In this document: in pieces, positions 28,248-39,961 of the stretch
Layout: each line of letters begins with the position of its first letter
Position numbering within the stretch: the first letter of the stretch is position 1
DNA from: Escherichia coli
GTDB taxonomy: Bacteria; Pseudomonadota; Gammaproteobacteria; Enterobacterales; Enterobacteriaceae
Reading direction: 5' to 3' (one strand)
DNA length: 64,000 nt
Assembly (NCBI RefSeq): GCF_001677475.2
Contig: NZ_CP015229.1
Notes under the pieces: model-generated
What the model saw: the letters and a program-made list of their open reading frames with translations, nothing else
What the model was told of the DNA's origin: nothing
Databases searched by the model: none
Made by a program: the position numbers and the translations under genes

Positions 28248-29224
28248 CCATTTAGCAAGGATTAATAAGAGAGGGAACTCATTTTGAAATCATTATTCAA
28301 TCGGTTAACGGGAAAAGCGGTTAGCCGGACAGCTTTCGTCGAACATCTTGGTCATGAAGTTGTACAACATCATCCAAACTGGAAAGTCATGATTTCGACA
28401 GACCATACATTGATGCGCATTGAAACTCCACTAAACAGCCATTATTGATACGCCTCCGTCGCCTGTTAGGTTTATGGTGCTTTGCCTGGGCGACGCTACG
28501 CTTAACCTGTTACTGATTTCTGGTACCATGGGGTGAATAATCTGATTTTATTTGCCTACAAATTAACCACTCGAACGTATTTGATGCTGAGCATTGTCAG
28601 ACGGTTGATTTTGCGTGCTTTAGCATTCACATCTATCCAGACGATGAAGTGAAAATTGCGTAATCCTCAGCAACCGCTGCGTAATGTCGTCTATCTTGTC
28701 GCGATCCTGGCATCCCTACATTATTTGTGGTCTGTGAAGATTATCTCATTGCAGCCCCTCATCTTCGCAGGGCTGGCTTTACAGCTTTTAGCCTTACGTT
28801 ATAAGAAGTTCCGTCGATGATGGCGCTAATTTCGTGAGTTGTGCGGCTTGTTGCAAATTACACGGTGTTGAAGGTTATTTACATGTTAGCTGTTGATTAT
28901 CTTCCCTGATAAGACCAGTATTTAGCTGCCAATTGCTACGAAATCGTTATAATGTGCGACCTCGTTCTCCCTGACGCAGTTTTTGCGCTGCGGAAAAGGT
29001 GACATTGGCGCAACGAAGGTATATTTTGTTTTTTGCCGGAGGATAGCAGCAGATCGCTGCACAATGTCCGTCAAGTCTAACATTGACACTCTGGGGCAAA
29101 ATAGACCGGCGTCCCGGCCTGCTGGAATTTATCGCTATGCATACAGCTGTCGGGGCATACGCTTTACAGACGGCGGTGAAACGCCTGTCACAATCACACT
29201 AAACAAAGAGTACGGAACCCACTC

Positions 29225-29695
29225 ATGGATATTCGTAAGATTAAAAAACTGATCGAGCTGGTTGAAGAATCAGGCATCTCCGAACTGGAAATTTCTGAAG
29301 GCGAAGAGTCAGTACGCATTAGCCGTGCAGCTCCTGCCGCAAGTTTCCCTGTGATGCAACAAGCTTACGCTGCACCAATGATGCAGCAGCCAGCTCAATC
29401 TAACGCAGCCGCTCCGGCGACCGTTCCTTCCATGGAAGCGCCAGCAGCAGCGGAAATCAGTGGTCACATCGTACGTTCCCCGATGGTTGGTACTTTCTAC
29501 CGCACCCCAAGCCCGGACGCAAAAGCGTTCATCGAAGTGGGTCAGAAAGTAAACGTGGGCGATACCCTGTGCATCGTTGAAGCCATGAAAATGATGAACC
29601 AGATCGAAGCGGACAAATCCGGTACCGTGAAAGCAATTCTGGTCGAAAGTGGACAACCGGTAGAATTTGACGAGCCGCTGGTCGTCATCGAGTAA
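29225..29695 (+). CDS. accB: Biotin carboxyl carrier protein of acetyl-CoA carboxylase
   Basis: 156-aa ORF, biotinylation motif EAMKMMN, Ala/Pro-rich linker. Confidence 0.97.
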
Positions 29696-29705
29696 CGAGG
29701 CGAAC

Positions 29706-31055
29706 ATGCTGGATAAAATTGTTATTGCCAACCGCGGCGAGATTGCATTGCGTATTCTTCGTGCCTGTAAAGAACTGGGCATCAAGACTGTCGCTGTGCA
29801 CTCCAGCGCGGATCGCGATCTAAAACACGTATTACTGGCAGATGAAACGGTCTGTATCGGCCCTGCTCCGTCAGTAAAAAGTTATCTGAACATCCCGGCA
29901 ATCATCAGCGCCGCTGAAATCACCGGCGCAGTAGCAATCCATCCGGGTTACGGCTTCCTCTCCGAGAACGCCAACTTTGCCGAGCAGGTTGAACGCTCCG
30001 GCTTTATCTTCATCGGCCCGAAAGCAGAAACCATTCGCCTGATGGGCGACAAAGTATCCGCAATCGCGGCGATGAAAAAAGCGGGCGTCCCTTGCGTACC
30101 GGGTTCTGACGGCCCGCTGGGCGACGATATGGATAAAAACCGTGCCATTGCTAAACGCATTGGTTATCCGGTGATTATCAAAGCCTCCGGCGGCGGCGGT
30201 GGTCGCGGTATGCGCGTAGTGCGCGGCGACGCTGAACTGGCACAATCCATCTCCATGACCCGTGCGGAAGCGAAAGCTGCTTTCAGCAACGATATGGTTT
30301 ACATGGAGAAATACCTGGAAAATCCTCGCCACGTCGAGATTCAGGTACTGGCTGACGGTCAGGGCAACGCTATCTATCTGGCGGAACGTGACTGCTCCAT
30401 GCAGCGCCGCCACCAGAAAGTGGTCGAAGAAGCACCAGCACCGGGCATTACCCCGGAACTGCGTCGCTACATCGGCGAACGTTGCGCTAAAGCGTGTGTT
30501 GATATCGGCTATCGCGGTGCAGGTACTTTCGAGTTCCTGTTCGAAAACGGCGAGTTCTATTTCATCGAAATGAACACCCGTATTCAGGTAGAACACCCGG
30601 TTACAGAAATGATCACCGGCGTTGACCTGATCAAAGAACAGCTGCGTATCGCTGCCGGTCAACCGCTGTCGATCAAGCAAGAAGAAGTTCACGTTCGCGG
30701 CCATGCGGTGGAATGTCGTATCAACGCCGAAGATCCGAACACCTTCCTGCCAAGTCCGGGCAAAATCACCCGTTTCCACGCACCTGGCGGTTTTGGCGTG
30801 CGTTGGGAGTCTCATATCTACGCGGGCTACACCGTACCGCCGTACTATGACTCAATGATCGGTAAGCTGATTTGCTACGGTGAAAACCGTGATGTGGCGA
30901 TTGCCCGCATGAAGAATGCGCTGCAGGAGCTGATCATCGACGGTATCAAAACCAACGTTGATCTGCAGATCCGCATCATGAATGACGAGAACTTCCAGCA
31001 TGGTGGCACTAACATCCACTATCTGGAGAAAAAACTCGGTCTTCAGGAAAAATAA
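29706..31055 (+). CDS. accC: Biotin carboxylase
   Basis: ORF trimmed to ATG 29706 giving 449 aa ([25 protein letters not shown]...). Confidence 0.97.
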
Positions 31056-31103
31056 TTTGTGACGCGCGGTGTTTTCATCGCGCTTAGCAAAGAACGTAAT
31101 CAA

Positions 31104-31136
31104 CGCCGGGCCTGTTAACGCTGCCCGGCGTTTTTA
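31104..31136 (+). terminator. Intrinsic terminator of the accBC operon
   Basis: cgccgggc-ctgttaacgct-gcccggcg followed by ttttta. Confidence 0.7.
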
Positions 31137-31146
31137 TTGCCGTTAG

Positions 31147-32193
31147 CTAACGGTAGCCTGCAATTTCCGCTTTCAACGCGCTCATTTCAGCATCGCCATC
31201 AACAATTCCCAGCTCAAAGCAGTATTTCTTTGTTTCCCCTGGCTCTATAAAGGGCAGACGCCCCTGCGCTCGTTCTTTATCACGACCGTCAGGAAAACTA
31301 TTGCTGACCTCCAGCCCCATAACATATTCACCCGCGCCTAAATTTTTCCACTGGATAAAGTTGGGTAGCTGCATGGTGTCGAATTTCTCGTAAATTCCCC
31401 ACCCCAGTTCAGCGTTCACCAGCGCAATTTTACTCATCCCCTGACTGTCGCTATTCAAGGTGAGATAGTAAACCTGCTCGTCAAAACCGGGCTGTGGGGT
31501 ACAAATCTCCAGATGACTGGTTAACCCTTCCGCCGCATGCGGAGTTCGTGGCGTTACGCTTTTAGCCGACAGCAAGATTTCTGCCTGTGGCGATAATAAA
31601 GGCCAGCCGTAATTAAAGTGATAAAGAATTTGCAGCGGCTGGCGGGTGAAACCATGATTAGTCACCTCGTCTTCAATGCGCAGCACATTTTCGCCATAAC
31701 GGCAGCGAATGGTCCTTTCCAGCGTCAGATTTTCACCGAACAATCGCGTTTCCCGTACTTTGCCATTGATGACAAATTCAATGCCGTCGTCGGTCCGTTC
31801 TGTGCGATACCCCACCTCTTCTGCTGGAGTCGCAGCCAAACGCCCATGTAACCCCAGCGTTTCTCCTTCATCCTCACAGGGCGTGCCAATGTAGCTAAGT
31901 CCGCAGGTAGTCAGTAACCCCGCGTAAAAGCTACGTAAAAACCCGTTGCCCTGAGACTCGAAAAAAGCGGGGGCGACAATGCCGTTGGGGGTGATAAAAG
32001 AGAGCGCAGTGTCCTTGTAGCTGGCCCATGCAATATCCAGCGCGCGATCTTTTACCACCGTAAATGCCAGTCCCGCACCAGTACGGACATCAAACGCTTC
32101 TGTACCCTTTGCTCTGCCACTACGTAACTCATAGTGTTTAATTCCGGCAACCTGCGAGAGATCGCCAATCCACGACCAAATTTCGTTTTTCAT
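31147..32193 (-). CDS. Island gene: conserved protein of unknown function, galactose-mutarotase-like / possibly DUF4432 family
   Basis: 348-aa ORF; start overlaps the stop of the upstream kinase gene by 4 nt (ATGA); no TM or signal peptide. Family assignment is from pattern recognition only and is low confidence. Confidence 0.7.
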   Translation of the reverse strand: MKNEIWSWIGDLSQVAGIKHYELRSGRAKGTEAFDVRTGAGLAFTVVKDRALDIAWASYKDTALSFITPNGIVAPAFFESQGNGFLRSFYAGLLTTCGLSYIGTPCEDEGETLGLHGRLAATPAEEVGYRTERTDDGIEFVINGKVRETRLFGENLTLERTIRCRYGENVLRIEDEVTNHGFTRQPLQILYHFNYGWPLLSPQAEILLSAKSVTPRTPHAAEGLTSHLEICTPQPGFDEQVYYLTLNSDSQGMSKIALVNAELGWGIYEKFDTMQLPNFIQWKNLGAGEYVMGLEVSNSFPDGRDKERAQGRLPFIEPGETKKYCFELGIVDGDAEMSALKAEIAGYR

Positions 32194-33152
32194 TGTGCTG
32201 CTTCCCGAATGGACATGTCATGGCGCTGGATGAACGTTTCGATTTCCGCAAGGCGAGACGTTCCCTCCATTGGGCCACGTCGGGTAACAGCCAGTGCACC
32301 GCAGGCGTTGGCATATTGTAATGCCCGATGGGCGTCAAACCCTAGCTGGCGGCAGGCAATCCACGCGCCACCAAAGCAGTCTCCCGCACCGGTCGGGTCA
32401 ACTTCTTCCACCGGATAGCTCTCAACATGAAACTGCTCATTCGCGGAGTAGTAACTGGCTCCTTGATTGCCGCGCTTCACAATCACCTCTTTAACACCTT
32501 CTTCAAGAAAACCAGCGATTGCACGCTCCGGCGTCGAATGTGGCGACAAGAGCAACACTTCGCCCTCGCTGGGCATATAGATATCCGTTAACTCAAGAAC
32601 AAAGTGGAGGGCGTCACGCATTTCTGGAATATCGAGCATCTCTTTTCGAATATTAGGGTCGAAAGAAATAACACCACCATTTGCTTTAACGATGGTTACC
32701 GCTTTTTTTACTGCGTCTACCATATGAAACGAAAACAGGGATGAACCCATAATATGAAAATGGGTACAGTCCTTCAGAATATTTTCATCAACATGCTGCG
32801 CCGATAATTTACCGCAAGCGGCATTCTTGATATTAAAAATAAAATCGCGATCGCCAGAGTTATGATAAGTAACAAAGGCGCTCCCGGTAGCTTCCAGAGG
32901 TAAGACTGAAATCCCCCTGATATCCACACCGTCAGCAGCCAGACGATGTATATTAATATCACCAAAGCCATCATTCCCCACACAGCTAATGATGCCGCAC
33001 GGAACGCCAAGACGTGTCACCTGGTCGATAAAAATAGCGGGCGCACCACTGGGATAAGGGCCGTTCCAGATACCTGGTTGATCAAATGGCTGGCCGATTT
33101 TACTCGCCATAATTTCAACCAAAATTTCTCCAATTGTGAAGACCTTACTCAT
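32190..33152 (-). CDS. Island gene: pfkB/ribokinase-family carbohydrate kinase (kinase 1)
   Basis: 320-aa ORF with pfkB signature DPTGAGDCFGGAW near the C-terminus and an N-terminal Gly-rich substrate lid. Confidence 0.85.
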   Translation of the reverse strand: MSKVFTIGEILVEIMASKIGQPFDQPGIWNGPYPSGAPAIFIDQVTRLGVPCGIISCVGNDGFGDINIHRLAADGVDIRGISVLPLEATGSAFVTYHNSGDRDFIFNIKNAACGKLSAQHVDENILKDCTHFHIMGSSLFSFHMVDAVKKAVTIVKANGGVISFDPNIRKEMLDIPEMRDALHFVLELTDIYMPSEGEVLLLSPHSTPERAIAGFLEEGVKEVIVKRGNQGASYYSANEQFHVESYPVEEVDPTGAGDCFGGAWIACRQLGFDAHRALQYANACGALAVTRRGPMEGTSRLAEIETFIQRHDMSIREAAQ

Positions 33153-33173
33153 ATGATTAATTCCTTGAAATGA

Positions 33174-34163
33174 TTAGCTGCGTTTTCTTTTATTTCTTAC
33201 GTCAAAATAAACGGCTACAAGAATGACTAATCCTTTAACCACCATCTGGTAAAAATAGGGAACATTCATTAAGTTCATGCCATTATTAATAACGCCGATG
33301 GTTAATGCGCCGATCACCGTCCCCACCACGGTTCCATAGCCGCCGTTCAGGCTGGTGCCTCCCAGTACAGCCGCGGCAATAGCATCCAGTTCGTAGCTCA
33401 ACGCGGAATTCGGTTGCCCGGAATAGAGGCGTGAGGCGAGGATCATCCCGCTGATACCTGCCAGCACGGCTGTAATCATAAAGACTTTAATTTTCAAGCG
33501 GGTGACATTTATCCCTGAATAAACTGCCGCTTCTTTATTACCACCAGTGATATAAATTTTTCGTCCAAAGGTTGTTTTAGTAAGAATGAAGTGGTTAATC
33601 AGCAATAAGATGATTAATATCCAGATAGGAATAGGTATATAGAGAAATTCTCCATTCCCCAGTGCCAGAAAGGCATCATCTTTAATCATGATGGGCATAC
33701 CATCGGTCACTATATAAGCGATACCACGGAAGATCCCCATTGTAGCAACGGTGACAATAAACGAAGGGATACCCGCTATAGCCGTCAAGCCACCATTTAT
33801 CATCCCCAGAGCCAGGGCTGCAATAATGGATAATGGGACCAATAAAATAAATGGAATTCCCCATGAAGCCCCAAGCGCAGCAAATGTGCCAATCAATGCA
33901 ATGGTTGAACCGACCGATAAATCAATATCGCCAAGCAAAAGTACATAAGTCATTCCATAGGCGGTAATTGCAATTATCGAAACCTGAAGAATAATATTAG
34001 TAATGTTATTGGCAGTAAAAAAACTGTCATTAATAAAACTGAACAGAATGATTAACACCACCATTCCACTGAGGATACCGCCATATTGCCTGAAGACTTT
34101 TTTAAAATTATTTGCAATGGGAATTTCCGAAGGTTTCGGACTGGCAAGAGTTTTCTCTGTCAT
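33174..34163 (-). CDS. Island gene: sugar ABC transporter permease (RbsC-like, CUT2 family)
   Basis: 329-aa highly hydrophobic ORF; abuts the ATPase gene (34163/34164). Confidence 0.85.
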   Translation of the reverse strand: MTEKTLASPKPSEIPIANNFKKVFRQYGGILSGMVVLIILFSFINDSFFTANNITNIILQVSIIAITAYGMTYVLLLGDIDLSVGSTIALIGTFAALGASWGIPFILLVPLSIIAALALGMINGGLTAIAGIPSFIVTVATMGIFRGIAYIVTDGMPIMIKDDAFLALGNGEFLYIPIPIWILIILLLINHFILTKTTFGRKIYITGGNKEAAVYSGINVTRLKIKVFMITAVLAGISGMILASRLYSGQPNSALSYELDAIAAAVLGGTSLNGGYGTVVGTVIGALTIGVINNGMNLMNVPYFYQMVVKGLVILVAVYFDVRNKRKRS

Positions 34164-35663
34164 TTAACGTACTCCTGTTGCAGCGGTCATTACCTGTGTC
34201 TGCGTTAAATTTTCACATGAATAAATATCGGCAATCGTTTTATTACGCATTACCACCAGACGATCGCTAAGTGCCATGACTTCTGGCAGTTCAGAGGACA
34301 CCAGAATAATTGCTGTCCCTGCCGCAGCCAGTTGACGTATCACGTTATAGATTTCAAATTTTGCGCCGACATCTACTCCGCGCGTTGGCTCATCGAGCAA
34401 TAAAATACGCGGAGTTTTCTCCAGCCACTTCGATAACACGATTTTCTGTTGATTACCGCCGCTCAGCGCTCCCACTGCCTGATGTACAGAACTCACTTTA
34501 GTGTTCATTCTGGCAATAGATTGCAGCGTCTTCGCCTCTTCTTGTCGGTGATTGATGAGTCCCATCCGCGAAGCGTTATATTGAAACGCCACATGGTGCG
34601 TGTTCATATTGACGTCGTGCATCAGCACTAACCCTTCTTCCTTGCGGTTTTCGGTCACAAAAGCAATGCCATGATCAATAGCCTGTTTGGGATTAGCGAT
34701 CCTGACTTCCTTACCATCAATCAACACAGTCCCGTGATACGAAACGAGGCCAAATAGCGCCTTCATCACATCGGAACGCCCGGCCCCCACCAGGCCAAAA
34801 AATCCGAGGACTTCCCCCGGACGCACAGCGAAACTGACCTCTTTAAAAAGCGAAGGATGGGAAAGGTTTTTTACTTCCAGTTTTGCAGGAACATTTTCAT
34901 CCGGCTTTTCCCCAAGACGTGCTGGCCAAATATTTTTCATTTCCCGACCAACCATTTGGGCAATCAAATGCTGGATATCACTGTTTTTCTTTTCATGCGT
35001 AGCGATATACTCACCGTCGCGGATCACCGAAATATCATCTGAAATCCGCATAATTTCATCCATGCGATGAGAGATATAAATAACCGCACAGCCTCGCTGC
35101 TTTAATTTTTCAATAATGTTAAACAGAATCTCTGCTTCATTATCACTTAGCGAAGATGTCGGTTCATCCATAATCACGACATCCGCTGCATAGCTTAAGG
35201 CTTTGGCAATTTCTACCAGTTGCCTATGTGCCATCGACATATCGCCGACCATTTCCAGCGGATCCAGAGGGATGCCCAGTTCCGCGAGGAGATTCTGGCA
35301 ATCTGCGAGCATTTTTTTATCATTAATAATGCCAAAACGTCGCAGTTCATTATTGGCATAAATATTTTCCGCCACGGTCATATTATTACTCAGGCTCAGT
35401 TCCTGAAAAATAATCGCAATCCCTAACTGGCGAGAATGCTGCGGATTATTAATGGTAATGGTTTCACCACGTAGTGTTATCGTTCCCTGGGTTGGCGGAT
35501 AAACACCGGCGAGTATTTTCATTAATGTCGATTTACCGGCACCATTCTCGCCTAATAAAGTATGCACCCGCCCTTTACGTAAAGAGAGTGTAATATTTTT
35601 TAATGCCTGAACATGACCAAATGTCTTCGCAATATGCGAAACATCAAGAATAACATCCGTCAT
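34164..35663 (-). CDS. Island gene: sugar ABC transporter ATP-binding protein with duplicated ABC domains (RbsA/MglA-like)
   Basis: 499-aa ORF; Walker A GENGAGKST in the N-terminal half and a second, degenerate nucleotide-binding domain. Confidence 0.85.
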   Translation of the reverse strand: MTDVILDVSHIAKTFGHVQALKNITLSLRKGRVHTLLGENGAGKSTLMKILAGVYPPTQGTITLRGETITINNPQHSRQLGIAIIFQELSLSNNMTVAENIYANNELRRFGIINDKKMLADCQNLLAELGIPLDPLEMVGDMSMAHRQLVEIAKALSYAADVVIMDEPTSSLSDNEAEILFNIIEKLKQRGCAVIYISHRMDEIMRISDDISVIRDGEYIATHEKKNSDIQHLIAQMVGREMKNIWPARLGEKPDENVPAKLEVKNLSHPSLFKEVSFAVRPGEVLGFFGLVGAGRSDVMKALFGLVSYHGTVLIDGKEVRIANPKQAIDHGIAFVTENRKEEGLVLMHDVNMNTHHVAFQYNASRMGLINHRQEEAKTLQSIARMNTKVSSVHQAVGALSGGNQQKIVLSKWLEKTPRILLLDEPTRGVDVGAKFEIYNVIRQLAAAGTAIILVSSELPEVMALSDRLVVMRNKTIADIYSCENLTQTQVMTAATGVR

Positions 35664-35723
35664 AATGACCTCGGTGTCACAACAAAACGTCGATAACGTT
35701 TTGTTGTGAAATGAAGATGTTTA

Positions 35724-36620
35724 TTATTTACCTGTATAAACGCCGGGTTGTACCGGGATCATTTTTTCTACCGGTTTACCATTGAGGTGATCAACAGCGG
35801 CATCAATGGCTTTAGCACCCATTTGATCGGGATATTGCCGAATCACGGCCGCAAACGTTTTTTCACTGTCAACGGCATCACGCGCTTCTTTCATGCCGTC
35901 AAAACCAATGATTTTGATGTTGTCGTTATGCGCAGATTTCGCTGCGATAACCGCTGCCAACGCCGCATCATCACCAAAGCCAAACAGACCATTCAGGTTG
36001 GCGTTGGCCTGCATAATGTTTTGCGCAGTCGTTAACGCTTCAGCCCGCGTTATACCTGGCTGTTCAGCAACAATTCTAATATTCGGTGTCTCGCTTAACC
36101 CTTTCTTAAAACCATCAACGCGCGCAACCACCGATTGTAGTGCCGGATAAGAAATAATGGCTACAGTACCTTTGCCATTCAAAAGTTTGCCCATTAACTT
36201 GCCTGCTTCAACGCCTCCCGCGTAGTTATCGGTCGCAACATGCGATACGACCGGAACGCCTTCCGCAGCGACGTCGACGGTGATAACGGGAATACCGGCC
36301 TTATCGGCTTTAATTATCGCCGCCTGGACGCCTTTCGAATCAACCGGAGAGATAATAATGGCATCCACTTTTTTAGTAATAAAATCCTCAACATCAGAAA
36401 GTTGTTTGTTTAAATCCTGATTGGCAATAGAGACACTTAAATTGACATTGTCTTTTTTTGCCTCTTCTTTCATGGCATTCGCAAGATCAATATAGAAAGG
36501 ATGTTGCTGTGTTAATAATGACGCACCAATTTTATACTCTTTTGCCAATGAACTTTGCGAGAATAATGCCAGGCTCACCAACATAGCTGAACCAAGTAAT
36601 TTAATATTTTTCATAAACAA
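35724..36620 (-). CDS. Island gene: periplasmic sugar-binding protein (type I PBP, RbsB-like) with signal peptide
   Basis: 298-aa ORF; N-terminal signal peptide ending ...SSLA-KEYKIG; start may be ATG two codons downstream. Confidence 0.8.
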   Translation of the reverse strand: MFMKNIKLLGSAMLVSLALFSQSSLAKEYKIGASLLTQQHPFYIDLANAMKEEAKKDNVNLSVSIANQDLNKQLSDVEDFITKKVDAIIISPVDSKGVQAAIIKADKAGIPVITVDVAAEGVPVVSHVATDNYAGGVEAGKLMGKLLNGKGTVAIISYPALQSVVARVDGFKKGLSETPNIRIVAEQPGITRAEALTTAQNIMQANANLNGLFGFGDDAALAAVIAAKSAHNDNIKIIGFDGMKEARDAVDSEKTFAAVIRQYPDQMGAKAIDAAVDHLNGKPVEKMIPVQPGVYTGK

Positions 36621-36649
36621 TCCTCATTGTTTTTGTAGGTTACAACGTA

Positions 36650-37828
<1,179 letters not shown>

Positions 37829-38659
37829 ATGAAGAGTGTTAACGTGCCGAGAAAATCGTCTAACCTACTGAAACGCAGATTAAAAATTGCAGAAATTGTT
37901 GCCGCCCAGGGTGAAATCAAAGTTGATGACTTATCTGCGCAACTTGGTGTCTCTGGCGTGACGATCCGCGGCGATCTCAGTTATCTGGAGCAACAGGGAT
38001 ATTTAAAGCGATCATTTGGCGGTGCTATTGCGACACCACTCTCCTCTGAACCAGAAGCGATACAACCGATCGCGCCATTGTCTCTGGCACAACAAATGGA
38101 AATAGCACGACATTGCGCACGGTTAATTCGGGATCGTGACACGCTATTTCTTGGACATGGGACAATCTGCCGTAAGATCATTCCCTTGCTCAGCGAAGTG
38201 AAAAAACTGCGTCTGATCACCAACGATCCCGAACATGCGCTGCTGGCAAATCAGTTTATTGATGGCGAAATAATACTGGCTGGCAGTGAAATGCTGCGCC
38301 CCGACACCGCACTGGCCGGAAAACCGCTTGAACAGGCACTTCAGCATTTCACCATTACACATAGCATTCTGGAAATCAGCCATCTGGATGCTGATGGTAC
38401 TTTAAATATCAACGTTCCCAGACTTGCCGCTGCCTGGCAGCTCTGTTTCGATCATGCCCAAAATAAGACAGTTATCGTTGCCGCCGACCCTGCGCCATCA
38501 ACGGCTGCTATCGGGCATTTGCATCAGGCAGAAAATGTGATCGTCAGCCGCAGCATTAACGAACAATATCAGCAACAATTGCAGTCGGCTGATTTCGTTA
38601 TCCTTTATACCAGTAATGAGTGCTTTACCTGGTCCAATCGCGAAAGGCTTCAGGAATGA
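37829..38659 (+). CDS. Island gene: DeoR-family transcriptional regulator
   Basis: 276-aa ORF; N-terminal HTH (LSAQLGVSGVTIRGDLSYLEQQGYLKR) and C-terminal sugar-phosphate sensor domain; exact start uncertain. Confidence 0.8.
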   Translation: MKSVNVPRKSSNLLKRRLKIAEIVAAQGEIKVDDLSAQLGVSGVTIRGDLSYLEQQGYLKRSFGGAIATPLSSEPEAIQPIAPLSLAQQMEIARHCARLIRDRDTLFLGHGTICRKIIPLLSEVKKLRLITNDPEHALLANQFIDGEIILAGSEMLRPDTALAGKPLEQALQHFTITHSILEISHLDADGTLNINVPRLAAAWQLCFDHAQNKTVIVAADPAPSTAAIGHLHQAENVIVSRSINEQYQQQLQSADFVILYTSNECFTWSNRERLQE

Positions 38660-38669
38660 GAGGGGTTTT

Positions 38670-39626
38670 GTGACAATAACTATCTGCGCTATGGGCGAAT
38701 TGCTGGCCGAGTTTTTGTCCCGCAACCCACATCAAAAATTCACTCAGCCTGGAGAGTTTATCGGGCCATTTCCCAGCGGTGCGCCAGCAATTTTTGCTGC
38801 TCAGGTGGCAAAACTGTCCCATCGGGCCATCTTCTTTGGATGTGTTGGTAATGATGATTTTGGCCGACTCATTATAGAGCGTCTCCGTCATGAAGGTGTC
38901 ATTACCGATGGGATTCGCGTTATGAACAATGCCGTCACAGGTACGGCGTTCGTGAGTTATCAAAATCCCCAGCAGCGGGATTTCGTCTTTAATATCCCTA
39001 ACAGCGCCTGCGGTTTGTTTACTGCTGAGCACATTGATAAGGATCTGCTAAAACAGTGTAACCATCTCCATATTGTGGGCTCATCGTTGTTCTCATTTCG
39101 CATGATCGATGTCATGCGTAAAGCAATAACGACGATCAAATCGGCTGGCGGCACCGTTTCTTTCGATCCCAATATTCGCAAAGAGATGCTGAGCATTCCT
39201 GAAATGGCGCAGGCCCTCGATTATTTGATTGAATATACGGATATTTTTATCCCCAGCGAAAGCGAACTCCCTTTCTTCGCGCGTCACAAAAATCTGCCAG
39301 AAGAACAGATTGTTAGCGATCTTCTCCACGGCGGCGTAAAACATGTGGCGATAAAACGCGCCCAGCGTGGGGCCAGCTATTACAAGCTTAAAAACGGTAC
39401 ATTACACGCCCAGCATGTTACAGGCCACGATATCGAAATTATCGATCCAACGGGTGCAGGCGACTGCTTTGGCGCAACGTTTATCACTCTTTTCTTATCC
39501 GGTTTCCCGGCACATAAGGCACTGCAATATGCAAATGCCAGCGGCGCGCTCGCCGTAATGCGGCAAGGTCCGATGGAAGGGATATCCTCACTGGCTGACA
39601 TTGAAGACTTTTTGCAGCAGCACTGA
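38670..39626 (+). CDS. Island gene: second pfkB-family carbohydrate kinase (kinase 2), paralogous to kinase 1
   Basis: ORF track starts at 38616 and overlaps the regulator; trimmed to in-frame GTG 38670 with GAGGGG RBS, which aligns its N-terminus with kinase 1. Signature DPTGAGDCFGATF. Confidence 0.8.
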   Translation: MTITICAMGELLAEFLSRNPHQKFTQPGEFIGPFPSGAPAIFAAQVAKLSHRAIFFGCVGNDDFGRLIIERLRHEGVITDGIRVMNNAVTGTAFVSYQNPQQRDFVFNIPNSACGLFTAEHIDKDLLKQCNHLHIVGSSLFSFRMIDVMRKAITTIKSAGGTVSFDPNIRKEMLSIPEMAQALDYLIEYTDIFIPSESELPFFARHKNLPEEQIVSDLLHGGVKHVAIKRAQRGASYYKLKNGTLHAQHVTGHDIEIIDPTGAGDCFGATFITLFLSGFPAHKALQYANASGALAVMRQGPMEGISSLADIEDFLQQH

Positions 39627-39718
39627 ACGGCAATTTTCTGTCAGATTATTTTCCCTGCCTGAAGACTTGCCGTAGAATTGCCCGTTTCTCGTATCCCCCC
39701 ATGAGGAGGACCCCTTCC

Positions 39719-39961
39719 GTGGACACTCGTTTTGTTCAGGCCCATAAAGAGGCGCGCTGGGCGCTGGGGCTGACCCTTTTGTATCTGGCGGTTTGGTTAG
39801 TAGCCGCTTACTTACCTGGCGTTGCCCCCGGTTTTACCGGCTTTCCGCGCTGGTTTGAGATGGCCTGCATCCTGACGCCGCTGCTGTTTATTGGACTGTG
39901 CTGGGCGATGGTGAAATTTATCTATCGCGATATCCCACTGGAGGATGACGATGCAGCTTGA
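39719..39961 (+). CDS. yhdT: Small inner-membrane protein YhdT (DUF997)
   Basis: Start set at GTG 39719 downstream of GAGGAGGA; 80 aa; overlaps the panF start. Confidence 0.85.
   Translation: MDTRFVQAHKEARWALGLTLLYLAVWLVAAYLPGVAPGFTGFPRWFEMACILTPLLFIGLCWAMVKFIYRDIPLEDDDAA

Noticed and set aside
29871-30815. 314-aa minus-strand ORF antisense to accC
   Set aside because: Embedded in a highly conserved essential gene; composition is atypical for a protein and there is no independent start signal.
38616-38669. ORF-track start of kinase 2 at ATG 38616, overlapping the DeoR regulator gene by 44 nt
   Set aside because: Alignment with the paralogous kinase 1 N-terminus and the GAGGGG RBS support the in-frame GTG at 38670 just after the regulator stop.
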